Source: Octopus vulgaris
Lineage: Eukaryota
Length of the DNA: 64,000 nucleotides
Direction: 5' to 3'
Assembly (NCBI GenBank): GCA_951406725.2
Contig: OX597814.1
Location: forward strand, 205,468,001 to 205,532,000
Part shown: positions 1 through 13,228 of the stretch, piece after piece
Position numbering within the stretch: the stretch's first letter is position 1
Layout: each line of letters begins with the position of its first letter
The notes under the pieces: generated by a model
The model's database searches: none
The model's input: only the letters and a program-made list of their open reading frames with translations
Told to the model about the DNA's origin: nothing
Made by a program: the position numbers and the translations under genes

Positions 1-594
1 AACATCAGTTTTCCAAAACTAACCTTTAGTTGCTCAACTTTCCTTACCTGCCCAATAAACTTGTTATAATTTCCTTTCTGACTTAAATGTCACCTGATAT
101 TTGTTACCTTCTTCATAGTAATATTTTTCCTGGTTAGAGTACTTGTTATGTAAATGTTTGGTTCATTTAATATCTTGTTTGTGCTAAAGATGTCAGAAAG
201 TCATATGACATGGCTATCAGTGCATGAAATGTCTCCTTAGCATACCTTTTAATCATCCAATTCAATTGACAATCCCTAAACAACAGATAAATATTTCAGG
301 CATGATACACATCCAATATTTTCAATAAACTTTTGGTCATAAAATGAAAGTAAATATATTGACACTATTCAGGAATATCCACTTTTTGTTTTATTTTCCA
401 AATTCTTGTTTTCCACAACTGAGATAATTACTTTTGCCAAAAATAAATAAATAAATAAATGAATAAAAAGAACTTTTCAAATTTTTAATTTTTCCCCTAC
501 ATTCACCACAGTTTTCTTTTTGTTTTGTTTTTTGAAAATTATTTTCGAATTCTTTAACGATATGGAGATTATGATTATGATATGGAGATTATGA

Positions 595-757
595 CTACAC
601 TCGCGGAGTGGTTGGCATTAGGAAGGGCATCCAGCTGTAGAAACACTGCCAGATCAGACTGGAGCCTGGTGCAGCCCCTGGCTTCCCAGATCCTGGTCGA
701 ACCGTCCAACCCGTGCTAGCGCGGAAAACGGACGTTAAACGATGATGATAATGATGA
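595..757 (+). mobile_element. 5'-truncated RTE LINE 3' end
   Basis: Matches 57962-58129 (ggagtggttggc..ggaagggcatccagctgtagaaac..ggacgttaaac(gat)n). Confidence 0.85.
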
Positions 758-1229
758 TTCTGAAAAATATTTTCTTTTTGAATTTCAATTTTTTACCTGC
801 TTATTGCTTAAAATAATCGTCCACTTTTATTTTATGATCATAGACTGAAAGAATATGACATATTTTCTTCTTTCAGTAATTATTTAGTGCTATTTAAGCT
901 GTATTTCTTGTTAAAATATGGCGACACAATTTGTGTGTACAAATTTAAATGATTCCACCTGAAAAATTTGCACAGAGAGTAATACATAAGAGAATCCTTC
1001 TTTGAGAATGTGTATATTCCACAGTTTGGTTTGGGACAGAATGGAACCAAGGCCCTTCATTCAAGTTCCTTCAGTGTGGTTGAGTGTACGGCCACCACAG
1101 ATGCTGCACCACCATCAACAGCTGACACAATTTCTTTGGGTGCAGATCCATGGCCTCTCAAGACTAACAGATGCCTACTATAATAATAATAATAATAATA
1201 ATAATGATGGTAATAATAATAATTCAAGA

Positions 1230-1822
1230 TGCTGAAAAGGACCTAGGGGCACCAAAGACCATGTGATAAACAAGGTTATAATAAAGAACTGTAAATGATA
1301 CCAAAAAAACTGATGGATGGCTTCAAAAAGGCTTACGACATGTTGCCACATTCGAGGATTTTGGAAACATTCAACATGTGTAGAATAGCAGAGAATGTGT
1401 GTCCACTGATTAAGAACAGCATGCCTAATTGGAAAACACATCTATCCTGTAACAACCAGCACTTAGCTGAGGTAACAATCAAAAGAGGTATTTTCCAAGG
1501 AGACTCTTGTTCACCTCTGTCATTTGTTATAGCCTTGATTCCATTTTCTATAGTCCTACACAAAGTCAATGTGCACTATAAGCTGAGAAAGAATGGACCT
1601 TGTCTTAACCACCTTCTCTTCATGGACGATTTAAAACTGTTTGCAAAAACAGAGCCTGAAATGGAGAGGCTGGTTGAGACTGTACAGATGTGTAGCAGGG
1701 ATATAGGGATAGAATTCCTTATCTCGAAGTGTGCAGTGCTTATTTTGAAGTAGGGGAAAGGAGTAAATTGTAGGGGCATAGAATTGCCAAACAAAGAGAG
1801 AATGAAAGACCCGGATGATATA
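1230..1822 (+). mobile_element. R4/Dong-like non-LTR retrotransposon RT fragment
   Basis: KKAYD, GIFQGDSCSP, HLLFMDDLKLF and SKC motifs; next to a (TAA)n tract. Confidence 0.85.
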
Positions 1823-2602
1823 CACTGCTTAATTCACTAAAATATAAAGTCTTGATTTCTTGTTCAGTAACAAAAATTCTTCAGTATTGGACAGGTTTCC
1901 TCTTTCTAAGAAGAACAGATGTATAAATATACTAAGAGACTGTTTACATGTCTCTGATGATACATTTAGTACAGTCATATGGAGTCTCTACATATAGCCT
2001 GACATGCTAAAAATAGCAGCCAAGTCTTCCACAAATCACACCACACCCACTGCCATAAAAAAAAATTGGTAAGGAGAGACTGGATAATGTAGCCTTTGGC
2101 AAATTGTATTACAAAAAAATAGTAAAAGGGCATTAGGAAGAAAAATACACGGATGGTTGTTGCTTCTGCCTTTCATCATAAAAGTTGGTCTGTTCTCTGA
2201 GGTATGACCTGGGGTTAAACAACTTCTACTTATGGATTGACTAACAGGGTGGAAGCTGTCAAAATCTCACAGATGCATGTGCGCGTGCACACATGAACAC
2301 ACACACACACACACACACACACAGGCTATATATATATATATATATATACACGCACATTGCCGGATCTCAAGTTTCTACTAAATTTGAAAGAGATGCACAC
2401 TGTTATAGAGCAGTAGAGTAATTAATTAATTAAATTAAATATAAAGATAGATATGGCCCCTTAGATCGGCCATATCTACCTTTCTCTCTCTCTCTCTCTC
2501 TCACTCACTCTATCAATCTATCTATCTATCTATCTATTTATACGTAAATATGTATTTATATGTATAGTACATATATATAATGTATGTATACATATGTATA
2601 TA

Positions 2603-4882
2603 TAGAGCTGGGCATAAGTCCATTAATCCGTTAATCAGTGGAGTTAACATTTTTGTTAACCATTTAACTTCTAAGTTAAGTTTAAAAATCATTATCGGAC
2701 TAATTAACTTTTGTTATATTTAGCTTCCATTAACTCAAGTCCGTCAACCCAAAAATTTCATAAAAACTGGTAAATGTTTAAAAGTTTCTATTGTTTTCAG
2801 ATTGTCTTAGCACATTTAATATTTTACGCATCATTCTTTCTGCCTTTTTTAGGCCCTTGAAAACTTAGAACTATATAATCAGCATTTTTTAACACTAAAG
2901 CAAAAAAAAAACAACAAAAAAAATATAGTTTTTTGGTTCTAAAGCCCTCAAAAAGGCCAAAAAGGCACTTTCTAACCCTTTAGTGTTTAAACCGGCCAAA
3001 ACCTGTTGTATATAATTCCTCTATGAAATCTTTTTAAAAAACAAACAAATCATGTTAGTGAATTCTCTTAGCTTTGAGGTAATGTGAGGGCTTTTCTTCC
3101 AGAGAGTACAGAACTGGGAGAAAAGCAAAATTAACTGAGGTAGATGTCAACAGAGAAAATATTGACTTTTATAAAGTGGAAAAAATACATGAAAGGAAAA
3201 AAGTTGGTAAATATTTCAGTGTAAATGCAAATAGCTGTTACATGGTAGCAAGGCATGCTAGAAATAGCAGCCAAATTTTTCCTTTTCTGGAAAAAGGAGC
3301 CGTTTTCAATGTCACATGAGTTCAATGTCACATTTGTTGAAAGAATTCAAAATAATCTAGAAAAGGAAAAAAAAGACCTGTGAAACAAAACTCACTTGGT
3401 GGGAGACTTCGAGGTCCCTACCACCCCTACCACCTTTCTTTTCTGGAAAAAGTGGCTTGTAGCAGGTTTGGAGGTCAAATACATTGAATGCACCTGAAAA
3501 AATCTGGGGCAAAAAATTATTCTACACCAATGTAAGAAATATTTAACGAAAGAATATAATCTTGTACTGATTATACCTGTATTTCAATTAATTCAAATTA
3601 ATGTACCTCATCTGGAAAAGTGGCAAAATTTTTGTTGGTTGCCATCTAAGATAATTTCAGTTTTAATGGTTATCTATAAAGTTATCTATAAAGTTATATC
3701 TATAAAGTTATTGCCCATAAAACTCAAATTTACTCAGCAAGATCAGCTAAAATTACATAACTATAAACCAGTGTTATATAAAGCACTCACTGACAAAATT
3801 TCAAATCTGTATGTAAAACTTTACAAAGTTACAAGCAAATATTGTGGACACCCCTCTTGAAACTGAAAAATTCAAAATTACGTGAATAAATAAGCATTAC
3901 ATTTGATAGATTAATATGAACACTAAAGATGTTTTTAGGTGTTTTTTTTTTCTTACACACACACATAACACGGCCTTGTTTGGTTGGGACTACATGTGTA
4001 TTACTTTGACATCATCATTCCATAAAATTAGTTTATGGGGAGATGAATATTGAAAAATATCAATAAATGTGTGAGAAAGAAACAAGGAAGGAGGTTTGGG
4101 GATGTGTTAGAAACAACAGCCAGATCACCCTTAAATCGTACATTTTCCTCTGAAATTATTAACAATTTTTTTAAAACCAAAAATCTTTCTCTCATGGGTT
4201 TTAAGTGTGTAGTGAAAAAAAAAGGTCAAAATCGTTTCAGACTGGGGTGGTGAGGAGGTGGCAAGAGTGAAAAAAAATAATTTTCTAAATTTTTTTTTTC
4301 TTTTCATGAAAAGATGCCTCCCATCATTGTGAAAACTTTGGTGAAAAACATTGGAAAAAATCCCCATCAAAATGGAAAAATTCCAACTTATGTGGGCCGT
4401 TTGATCTGAAACTCTGTTTACCAGAAACTCCTCCCCACCACCCACTTCCAAAAATTTTGCCTACAAATTTCTTTGTAATCGCAATCTACACCATTTGAAA
4501 GTATTTGAATAAAATTGCATTAAAAAATACCTATTTTCCAGATCATCATGAGAGGGAAAATGTTAGGTCCTTTGAATTTTCCCAAACCCCTCAGAAAATC
4601 TTTTCCAACAAATCTTTACATACATTCAATCTACAGGATATAAGCGATTATATGTTGAAAGTTAAGTTAAAAGTATCCATTTTTCTGGATGTTATGAGGC
4701 AACAAAGTCAGTGGGGTATTCAACTGTATTTATGCCTTGTTTCAATAAAAGTTAACATTAACGGATTAACGTTAACTTCAGTTACATTTTCAAAACAATT
4801 AATGGATTAACGAAGTTAACATTTTGGTTAACAGATTAACAATTAATAGTGTTAACTTTTCAATTAATGGTGCCCACCTCTG
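2603..4882. mobile_element. Non-autonomous hAT-like DNA transposon (~2.3 kb)
   Basis: Imperfect TIRs TAGAGCTGGGCA / TGCCCACCTCTG, dense subterminal GTTAAC/GGATTAAC repeats at both ends, sits in a TA tract. Confidence 0.7.
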
Positions 4883-4934
4883 TATATATATATGTTATAT
4901 TGAATCTATCTATCTATCTATCTATCTATATATA

Positions 4935-4977
<43 letters not shown>

Positions 4978-4985
4978 AAATATAA

Positions 4986-5035
<50 letters not shown>

Positions 5036-5054
5036 GTAAATATAAATATATATA

Positions 5055-5090
<36 letters not shown>

Positions 5091-5134
5091 GTTTTTCCAT
5101 CAAATGAAGTGTTGAGCACTCATTCTCACTGTTC

Positions 5135-5204
<70 letters not shown>

Positions 5205-6412
5205 TACACATATATGCATATATATTAAAATTTATTGAGGAGGCGAGCCAGGGGAGGAAGTGTTGGTGGTGGTAGAAAGCCTTGGAAAATAATGGTATGT
5301 CTACACATGTACACACACACACACACGCACATAAATGCATAACACATACCTAGACATACTATTATTCCTACTTCTTTCTGTCACCACCACCACCACCACC
5401 ACTCCCCATCACCTCAACATGTCCTAATTTCCTGAATCACATGTTCCCATATTCTGTACCCTTAACACTTATATCCACCACCACGCCTCTCTCCCTCCCC
5501 ATCTCTCTATGACCTAATCTGACACTGACATATTGCAACCAAACTGAATACCACCTCCTGGAGGAAGAGGAGAAGGGGGAGGCGGGGGAGGAACGAAGCC
5601 AAAGAAGACAGTGAGGGGGACGAAGGGGAAGCAGTTCATTGCTGATGTAGTTATTCAGCGTTTAGTACCCTTTCCATTTCCCCTATATCAGTCCTAGCTG
5701 AATATACCTATGATCAAAGTGTGTTCCAGCTGTGACCACCATGTGTTACTTCCAGATGATATAGCTGAGACTGTTACCCAAATTGCTGTAACCTTCCTTT
5801 TCCGAAGATGATAGATGATCATTTGAGGTAAATTTGGGTGTTGTTTCTAGCATACTGAACAAACCACAGAGAGGTACCATTATTTACATGTAGTATGTTG
5901 TTGGTTAGTAACATTGGGTATTGACTATGATAGAAGCCAGCTGCTGATGTCAAGTATCATGGGTTAAATGATGGAACCACTTCATGGTTGCATCATCTGC
6001 TTCCAATAGTTGCCAAATATCCCTAAATTCCACATCTTTGCAGCTTTAGAAATAGTCAGGATGTGTCGGACAAGGTGAGATGGTCATGGCTGTAACATGT
6101 TTGTATAGTGACGATATTTATGATAGTATTGAGACCAGTGATGGAGGTGATGACAATAGTCATGGTGATTATGATGACAACAATTATGACGATGATGATG
6201 ATGATGATGATGATGATGGCGAATACCAGTCACACATATAGAAATAGTCCAAGAGAATTCTTCTTTGTTTTATAGTTTTACCAAATGAATTTTTTTCACT
6301 TTGTTGAATAAAACAACTTTCCTGTCTGTCCTATATATATATCATCATCATCATCATCATCAAATACAGCTGCTATGCCTAAAATAAGATGAAGAATACA
6401 TTTTCAACTTAC

Positions 6413-6541
6413 TTTTGAATCTGTGATGGCAGAAATTTGTTCAGCTTGTAAGTTTGGAGAAAGAAGCTCTGTACCAATGACAGCTGAATTGTTCAAAGAA
6501 TTTTCTTGTTTTATCTCAGTTGTTCTTGCAAGGTCCAACCT
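6413..6541 (-). CDS. Coding exon (RLDLARTTEIKQENSLNNSAVIGTELLSPNLQAEQISAITDSK), phase 0-0
   Basis: Acceptor ccttcccctacaagtttttaccag, donor GTAAGT, 129 nt open. Confidence 0.6.
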
Positions 6542-7196
6542 CTGGTAAAAACTTGTAGGGGAAGGCAAGCAATTAATAATATATCATTAGAAAGACATCT
6601 GAATTTATTCAATTAGAAATGGTTCAGAAATAGTAAATTTGCTGGAAAGCAATTCCAAGATTCTCTTCCTTTTTTTATTTTTTGCTTAACCTTATTACCA
6701 TATTTGAGAGAATAAAAGACACATGGGCTTGATGAACAAGAGACATATTACACACATCTTAATTTCAGCTGTGGGTATTCATGAAAATAAGTTTTGGTGC
6801 ATTAAAGTATATGGGAGGCCCAACGTCACATACAAGACATAGGGTAGTAGTTTTGACATTTTTTTTTTTTTTTAAATAAATGCATCTTATATGTAACCAA
6901 ATATGGAGTTTTTTTATTGTTAGAACAAAGGACTGTTTGAGAGAAATTTGTTCATTAGAAACACTGTTCATATGATGTAGCAAAGACAGTATCCTGAAGA
7001 TTGGACTTTCTCTTCTTGAGAGCTTGAAAATTCTTCATGTCCTAACAACTCCTGGCCCTCTCTATATGTGCATATATATATATATATATATATAATAAGA
7101 GTAGAAATTAATATTATTAAATAATATCAATTTCAACTAGTGGTCAGCATACATAAAAAACATCCAAGAACTGTGAATTCTATTTATATATATATG

Positions 7197-7232
<36 letters not shown>

Positions 7233-7939
7233 GTATATATATATATAATGATGAAAATGCAACAGGCTTCTTTCAGTGTATCATATCCATGCTTTAAACA
7301 TTAAATGATGATGATGATGATGATGATGATTATATCCACTTACAAGGCATTGGTCTGCCGAGGGTTGTAGCAGAAAACACTTGCCCAAGTTGCCATGCTG
7401 TGAAACCATGTGGTTGGGAAGGAAATCTCTTAACCGCATAGCTGTGCCATGTGTGTATGTATACACATGGTGTATACACACACACACACTTTTATCCACC
7501 AGCTCCTAGATGTGTGTGTGTGTGTGCACGCACGTGCGTGCATGCATGTGTATAATATATACAATGAATATATATAATATATATATAAAATATCTGTATA
7601 ATATATATAATATATATGATATATATGTGATATATCTATATAATATATCTATATAATATAAATGATCTCTATATATATTATATTACACACACACACATAC
7701 ATATTTGTATGTATATATATTCTAGCATTCATTTATCTTACACTGTGGCTATTAATGCTAAAAAAATTGAACGTTGGGCACCCCAGAATGAATGAACATA
7801 CAGATCTGTATTTTTGACATACAAAACATTTTAGGTTCATCTTCAATGAAACACAGCTGCCAAAGTATCTCAATCTCTTATGTAAGTAATAACATTAACA
7901 CTAATACGATAAATAGGACTTTGTTGAAAAAAGGGCGTT

Positions 7940-8300
7940 AGAATGTGTAACTGTAGGAACCATAACAAATGTCTCATGGAAAACTGCTGCCCAAGAAAGA
8001 ATATATGTGTCTGGTCAAAACACCTGAGAGAGTTTATTACTACATGGGTGCTCTTCTTACAAAATTCAAGGCCAGATTACACAATCATATTCACTTTCTT
8101 AAAGGCAAAAGAAAAGAGAACTGTACATTATTTGCTAAATTCCTTAAGGGCATCAAAGAGAAAAATATTGACTACTCTGTTTTGTGGTCAATCATAGGTA
8201 GTGCTTGTCCATATAGGAAAGGTGGTGGGAGATACAATTTGAGCCTGGGGAGGTGTTTGAACTACTCAATTGTAATTCTAACGTAATTAACAAGCATAAT
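7940..8300 (+). mobile_element. Penelope-like element GIY-YIG endonuclease remnant
   Basis: CNCR..C, YMG..TKFKARLHNH, YSVLWSII..ACPY..G motifs across a frameshift. Confidence 0.75.
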
Positions 8301-10559
8301 GAACTGCCTACATTTAGTTTGAGGTTTTTCAATTTTGCACACAAAAATTCCACTTGATTTACCTGAGTATAAATATAGAAATTCAATACCTAAGTTAACT
8401 TAGTCGCTTCCTTCTTAATTTTGCCACTATGTAATATAATAAGTACTCTTTTCAAAACAATTTTTAAATTTTTAACCTTACTCCCTAATTATTGCACTAA
8501 ACATATTCAGTTTAATCTTTTTTCAATTGAATTTATTTTTATTTAATAGAATTCTCTTTCATGGTTGTTAACCTGATTTTTCTCAAAAAAAAATAATAAA
8601 GTGAATTATTGGCTTATATCTTCTATATTATTTTGCACTTAGTAGTTCCATTCTACTGTGCATACTTCTCTACCTTTGACTGGCCACTAAATAAAGACAT
8701 TAAACAGAAACCACTTCTTTTAAAGTGTCACAGGCTTAATAAACCAACATTTGATGACATCTCAACTTCTAAAGTTGGTATGAAGATAATATATAATATA
8801 TAATAATATAATTGGTATGAAGATAATATATAAGAGACAATAATAATATGATATATTAGTTATCTGCATCTTCTTTTCCACAAACTTTGTCACAGTCTTT
8901 GAAAAAGTCAACAAAATATCTTTTGAACTCTGAGGAAAATAGTTTTGGGGATGATGGTTCTATTGATTAATTGACTAATTATGTATGCAACCCATGTATG
9001 GTGCATATATGGTTCCTCTAGCTATTTGAAATACATCATGGAATAAAGTTATGAGTTATGGAATAATATAATTCTTCATTCTTTGTTTGATTACTCTATC
9101 TGTCTGTCTGTCTATCTGTTGGTATCTATCTATCTCGCTGTCCATCCGTCTGTCTGTCTGTCTGTCTGTCTGTCAGTAGTGAAAAGGTTTGATAAAACAA
9201 TTTTCTCCATTTAGCGAATTGTAGTAAAAAATATAAAAAGAAGAAAATGCAGAGAAATTTTATGCTGGACAAAATATACAGTATATTTTTATGAAATAAA
9301 ATATTTACATAGTTGTTTAGTTTTTGTTTATGCTAATCATGACTCAGAAATTTTTTTTTTTTTTCCAATAAGAAGTATTTGGTTCCTACTGCAGTACCAT
9401 TAACAAGTCTATTGAAGCTCTGTGATGGCAACTGGGTAGACAAAAGGAGTCTGGAAGCCCATTGGTTGAGCTGTACTTGTAGTCCAGTGTCACTGATTCT
9501 GCTTGAAGATTACATTAAATAATACAAATTCCAGTAGGAATACTCAGCCACTTATGAAACACTGATATATGTGATGTGGTAACATTTAGTTTGACTGTTT
9601 AGCAGGAGATGACCCGTTCAAGAGAGGACTCTTGTTTTTAGCTGTTACTGTTGTTTAGTCCTGATCATAAACATCTCAGTCCTATTCATCATATACTTTT
9701 CTTAGACACTGTGCACCTAGGACTACATTATTGAGTGTCTCCTTTTATAAAACATGAGAGTTTGGGGAAACCTGACTGCTATTTCTAGCACGATGAGTGT
9801 CTGTGGAGAGATTGTCTTGTTGTCTTCTTTTTAGTAGATCTGTTTGAACTTAGATGGCAGCATCTACAGAGACCATCTTCTACCAAAGATGGCAGCACAT
9901 TCATGGAATATTTTGTAGCATACAGATGAACAATTTTGTTATTAGAGTTTGTAGAAAAACTTATATCTAAACTAAAAGTGAAAATACTTAAAAACATTGC
10001 AAAATTAGATCAAAAATGTTGGAAAACCTTGCTGAGTAAGTTCAAAGAATAAATGACTTGAAATAGAGACTGAATAAAACTTTTGAATTACAAGATAATA
10101 AAAATAGATGAAAACATGTTTAATAATTCAAACATTATGCTAAAATCTGTTCAGGAAAATGATAATATTTCAGTATTAGAATTACATGACATATGTTAAA
10201 GAAATGAAAATATTATAAACATGGTAAATACACAAAGAAATAATATGAGAAAAAGATGTCAAAAGAATTCTGCATCATTTTATTTCATTTAAAAGGAATT
10301 TTCATTGTTGTTTTAGAATTTAACTTTCCACATTTGTATGGATCTGACGAAATATGTGGAAACAGATTTTCTATGGCTTGATGCCCATCCTGTCACCAAC
10401 CTTCACATGTTTTCAAGTGAAGTAACATTTTCCCCATGACCAGACATGTTTTTCGTGAAGACTGGAGATGAACAAATTATTGGCATAAGGGTAATGCTCA
10501 TTCACAATTATCACATGATAAGAAGATACAAACACACACACACTCACAAACACACATCA

Positions 10560-10568
10560 TCATCATCA

Positions 10569-10626
<58 letters not shown>

Positions 10627-11356
10627 TGGTATGCGTGAATGTTTTACATTAGGAATCAATGTCTTTGATACCAGGTCACAACCAGTTTCCTTAGATATTG
10701 AGAACTTTTTTTACGATCCTTGTTCCCAAAAGAGCAGATTTCAGAATTAATGAATGCAACTCTCATAGTTTCACTTAGCTCAATAAGGGAACTGTTATGT
10801 CTGGCAGTGATGGTACCTAGCGCACCTATAACATCTGAGATTACTTTTGTAGAAACCCTCCACAATCTTTGTTGTTGTTGTTATTATTGAGTGAGAGAGC
10901 AGTGCATGCCATCAAAGTGGCACTGGGGTACAAATATATGAAACCCAATATACCCATCATAACTACCCATCTGATAAGGATACACCAGGAATATGCATCA
11001 CAACCATGTGTGCCTGACATGGTGATCTCATATCAAGATAAACAGTGCATTACCTTGCAGATGTGTCCAGTTAGAAATTTCTTCAGGTTGAGTAGCCCAA
11101 CCTACTCAAAAGGTCCCTGAATAAGAGCTATTTAAGGTTGTTGAACAAAACACCCATTTTTCCAGAGGTGAATTATCCAAACCCCAAAGAATTCCTCTCA
11201 ACACATAGCTATGATGCTCCCCCACTACTTCTGCTTGTGATCAGAGATGCATGTATTGTCAGCCACCAAGGGGCATGCTCAACTGGTTAAGATCAACAAC
11301 TGACAAGTAAATCTGTGGTATTCAGCAGAATATTTGCTGTAGCCCATCTTTTATTA

Positions 11357-11402
<46 letters not shown>

Positions 11403-11607
11403 TGGTATGTGTGAATGTTTTACATTAGGAATTAATGTCCTTGATACAGGGTCACAACCAGTTTCCTTAGATATTGTGGACCTTTCTTACAATCCTTGTT
11501 CCCAAAAGAGCAGATTTCAGAATTAATGCAACTCTCATAGTTTCACTAATCTCAATAAGGAAACTGTTAAGTCTGACAGTGATGGTACCTAGAGCACTTA
11601 TAACAGA

Positions 11608-11647
<40 letters not shown>

Positions 11648-12050
11648 GTTTGACTTTTGCTTTGTATTTATACAAGTTGGCTCCAAGTCTCACACAGAGA
11701 CCTCAAGAGACAACAAGTTAGAAGTTCATGTTGGTGTTATACCTAGGGTATCATATATTTGGTTTTGCACATAGTATTTTTCTAGAGAATGTTTAAGAAA
11801 ACATAAGAAAATTATGAATTTGTTTTAAAATTTGAGATTACTTAGACTGTATTTTACGTAGGATATGGGCAGTTCCCGTGAGTACTATCTTTTGAATTTC
11901 TGCTATTTTGGGATTTCTTGGTATTTGAGCTAGGTAGGAATCAGCTCTTTTTGCTATGATTCCTAGGGCACCTATGACAACAGGTATTGTTTATTATTAT
12001 TAGTATTATAATTATTATTATTATCATTATTATTATTATTATTGTTAGTA
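10560..12050 (-). mobile_element. Cluster of R4/Dong-like LINE 3' ends and another repeat within (TAA)n tracts
   Basis: IGALG...QKSALLGT-type RLE C-termini at ~10622-10865, 11400-11605 (near-duplicate) and 11645-11990, separated by (ATT)n. Confidence 0.75.
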
Positions 12051-12364
12051 TTAAAATAGTGAGCTGGAAGAATCATATTATAGTCTCAATATAGTCTACC
12101 TTATATATGGGTGCCCGTTTTTTCCTAATCATAGATTTTTAGACAATACTATATATATATATATGTGTGTGTGTATGACAGGATTCTTTCAGTTTCCATC
12201 CATGAATCTGCTTATGAGGCTTTGGTTGGCTTAGGGCTTTTTTAGTAGTTGCTTGCCCAAAGTGTCAAGTGGTAGAAATGCACCTGAAATTGTGTGGTTG
12301 GGAAGCAAAATTCTTAATCATAGGAATTGTTAGCATGTAGTACACAAGCATCTGAGACATATAT

Positions 12365-13179
12365 TTATCTGTTGCCAAATGCTGGTACAAAAGTAATATC
12401 AGTCTGTGTTGTTTTGTGCAAACTTAAAATACTTTGATTACATTGCAAAAAATTTCTTTCACAAATTAATCTACTGGAATCTGTTAGATCAGTCTGGGAA
12501 CTTTTTACGTGTTTATGTTTTTTGTTTTCCTCTGGTTTATTTGTGTTTAAATAAAGAAAAACTTCAGATCTGAAAGAAGTTTTGATATTTTCATATTTGT
12601 TACAATAACTTTTAGTTTTGCAGGAATCAAAGTCATTGATTTCTTTGTTACAATTCTTTTGGTTATCCTTTACGAAACTGGAAATATTTTCGATATTACT
12701 TGCAGATCTTTTCTCAGAACTGCTGCAACTACTTAAGAAATCATGGCCACAGTAATCGTGAGCTGCCACAGAATTAGGTTTTTCCTTACAAAATCTATTT
12801 CCAGAATGATTCCTACAGCTCACTTCTGAGTATGCTTTACTGTGTTTGGAATTATTTGAAAGATTCTGAAAAAAAACGGTGATGGATGTTGAATACCATG
12901 CTCTATTATGTATCTCATTGTTGCTATTGTTGTTTTGGAGTTGGTTACAGGTTTGGCTGTTCTGAGTTATCTCTCTGGAATTGTTGTCAGAAGAATAAAC
13001 TGTAATATCATCTGTACCACAAGTAATATAAGGAGTTCCAACAGGTGTACATACACTCCCACAACAATTCTTATTAATTTCTGAACCATTTCTTTGACTT
13101 TCAGAGAGATAGGGAAAGTGATAGGAACAATATGAACCAGTGTTAGAAACTCTGTTACAAACAGAAGTGGCATCTGTGA

Positions 13180-13228
<49 letters not shown>

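Noticed and set aside
48-183. Possible minus-strand exon with CAG|GTAAGG donor
   Set aside because: All three frames contain stops; may be UTR or chance
2446-2480. Small hairpin tagatatggcc..ggccatatcta
   Set aside because: Isolated, flanked by microsatellites; likely a transposon-end remnant with no assignable function
9785-9997. Possible terminal exon (LDISFSTNSNNK...)
   Set aside because: Acceptor is plausible but there is no independent support and its 3' end runs into an old repeat
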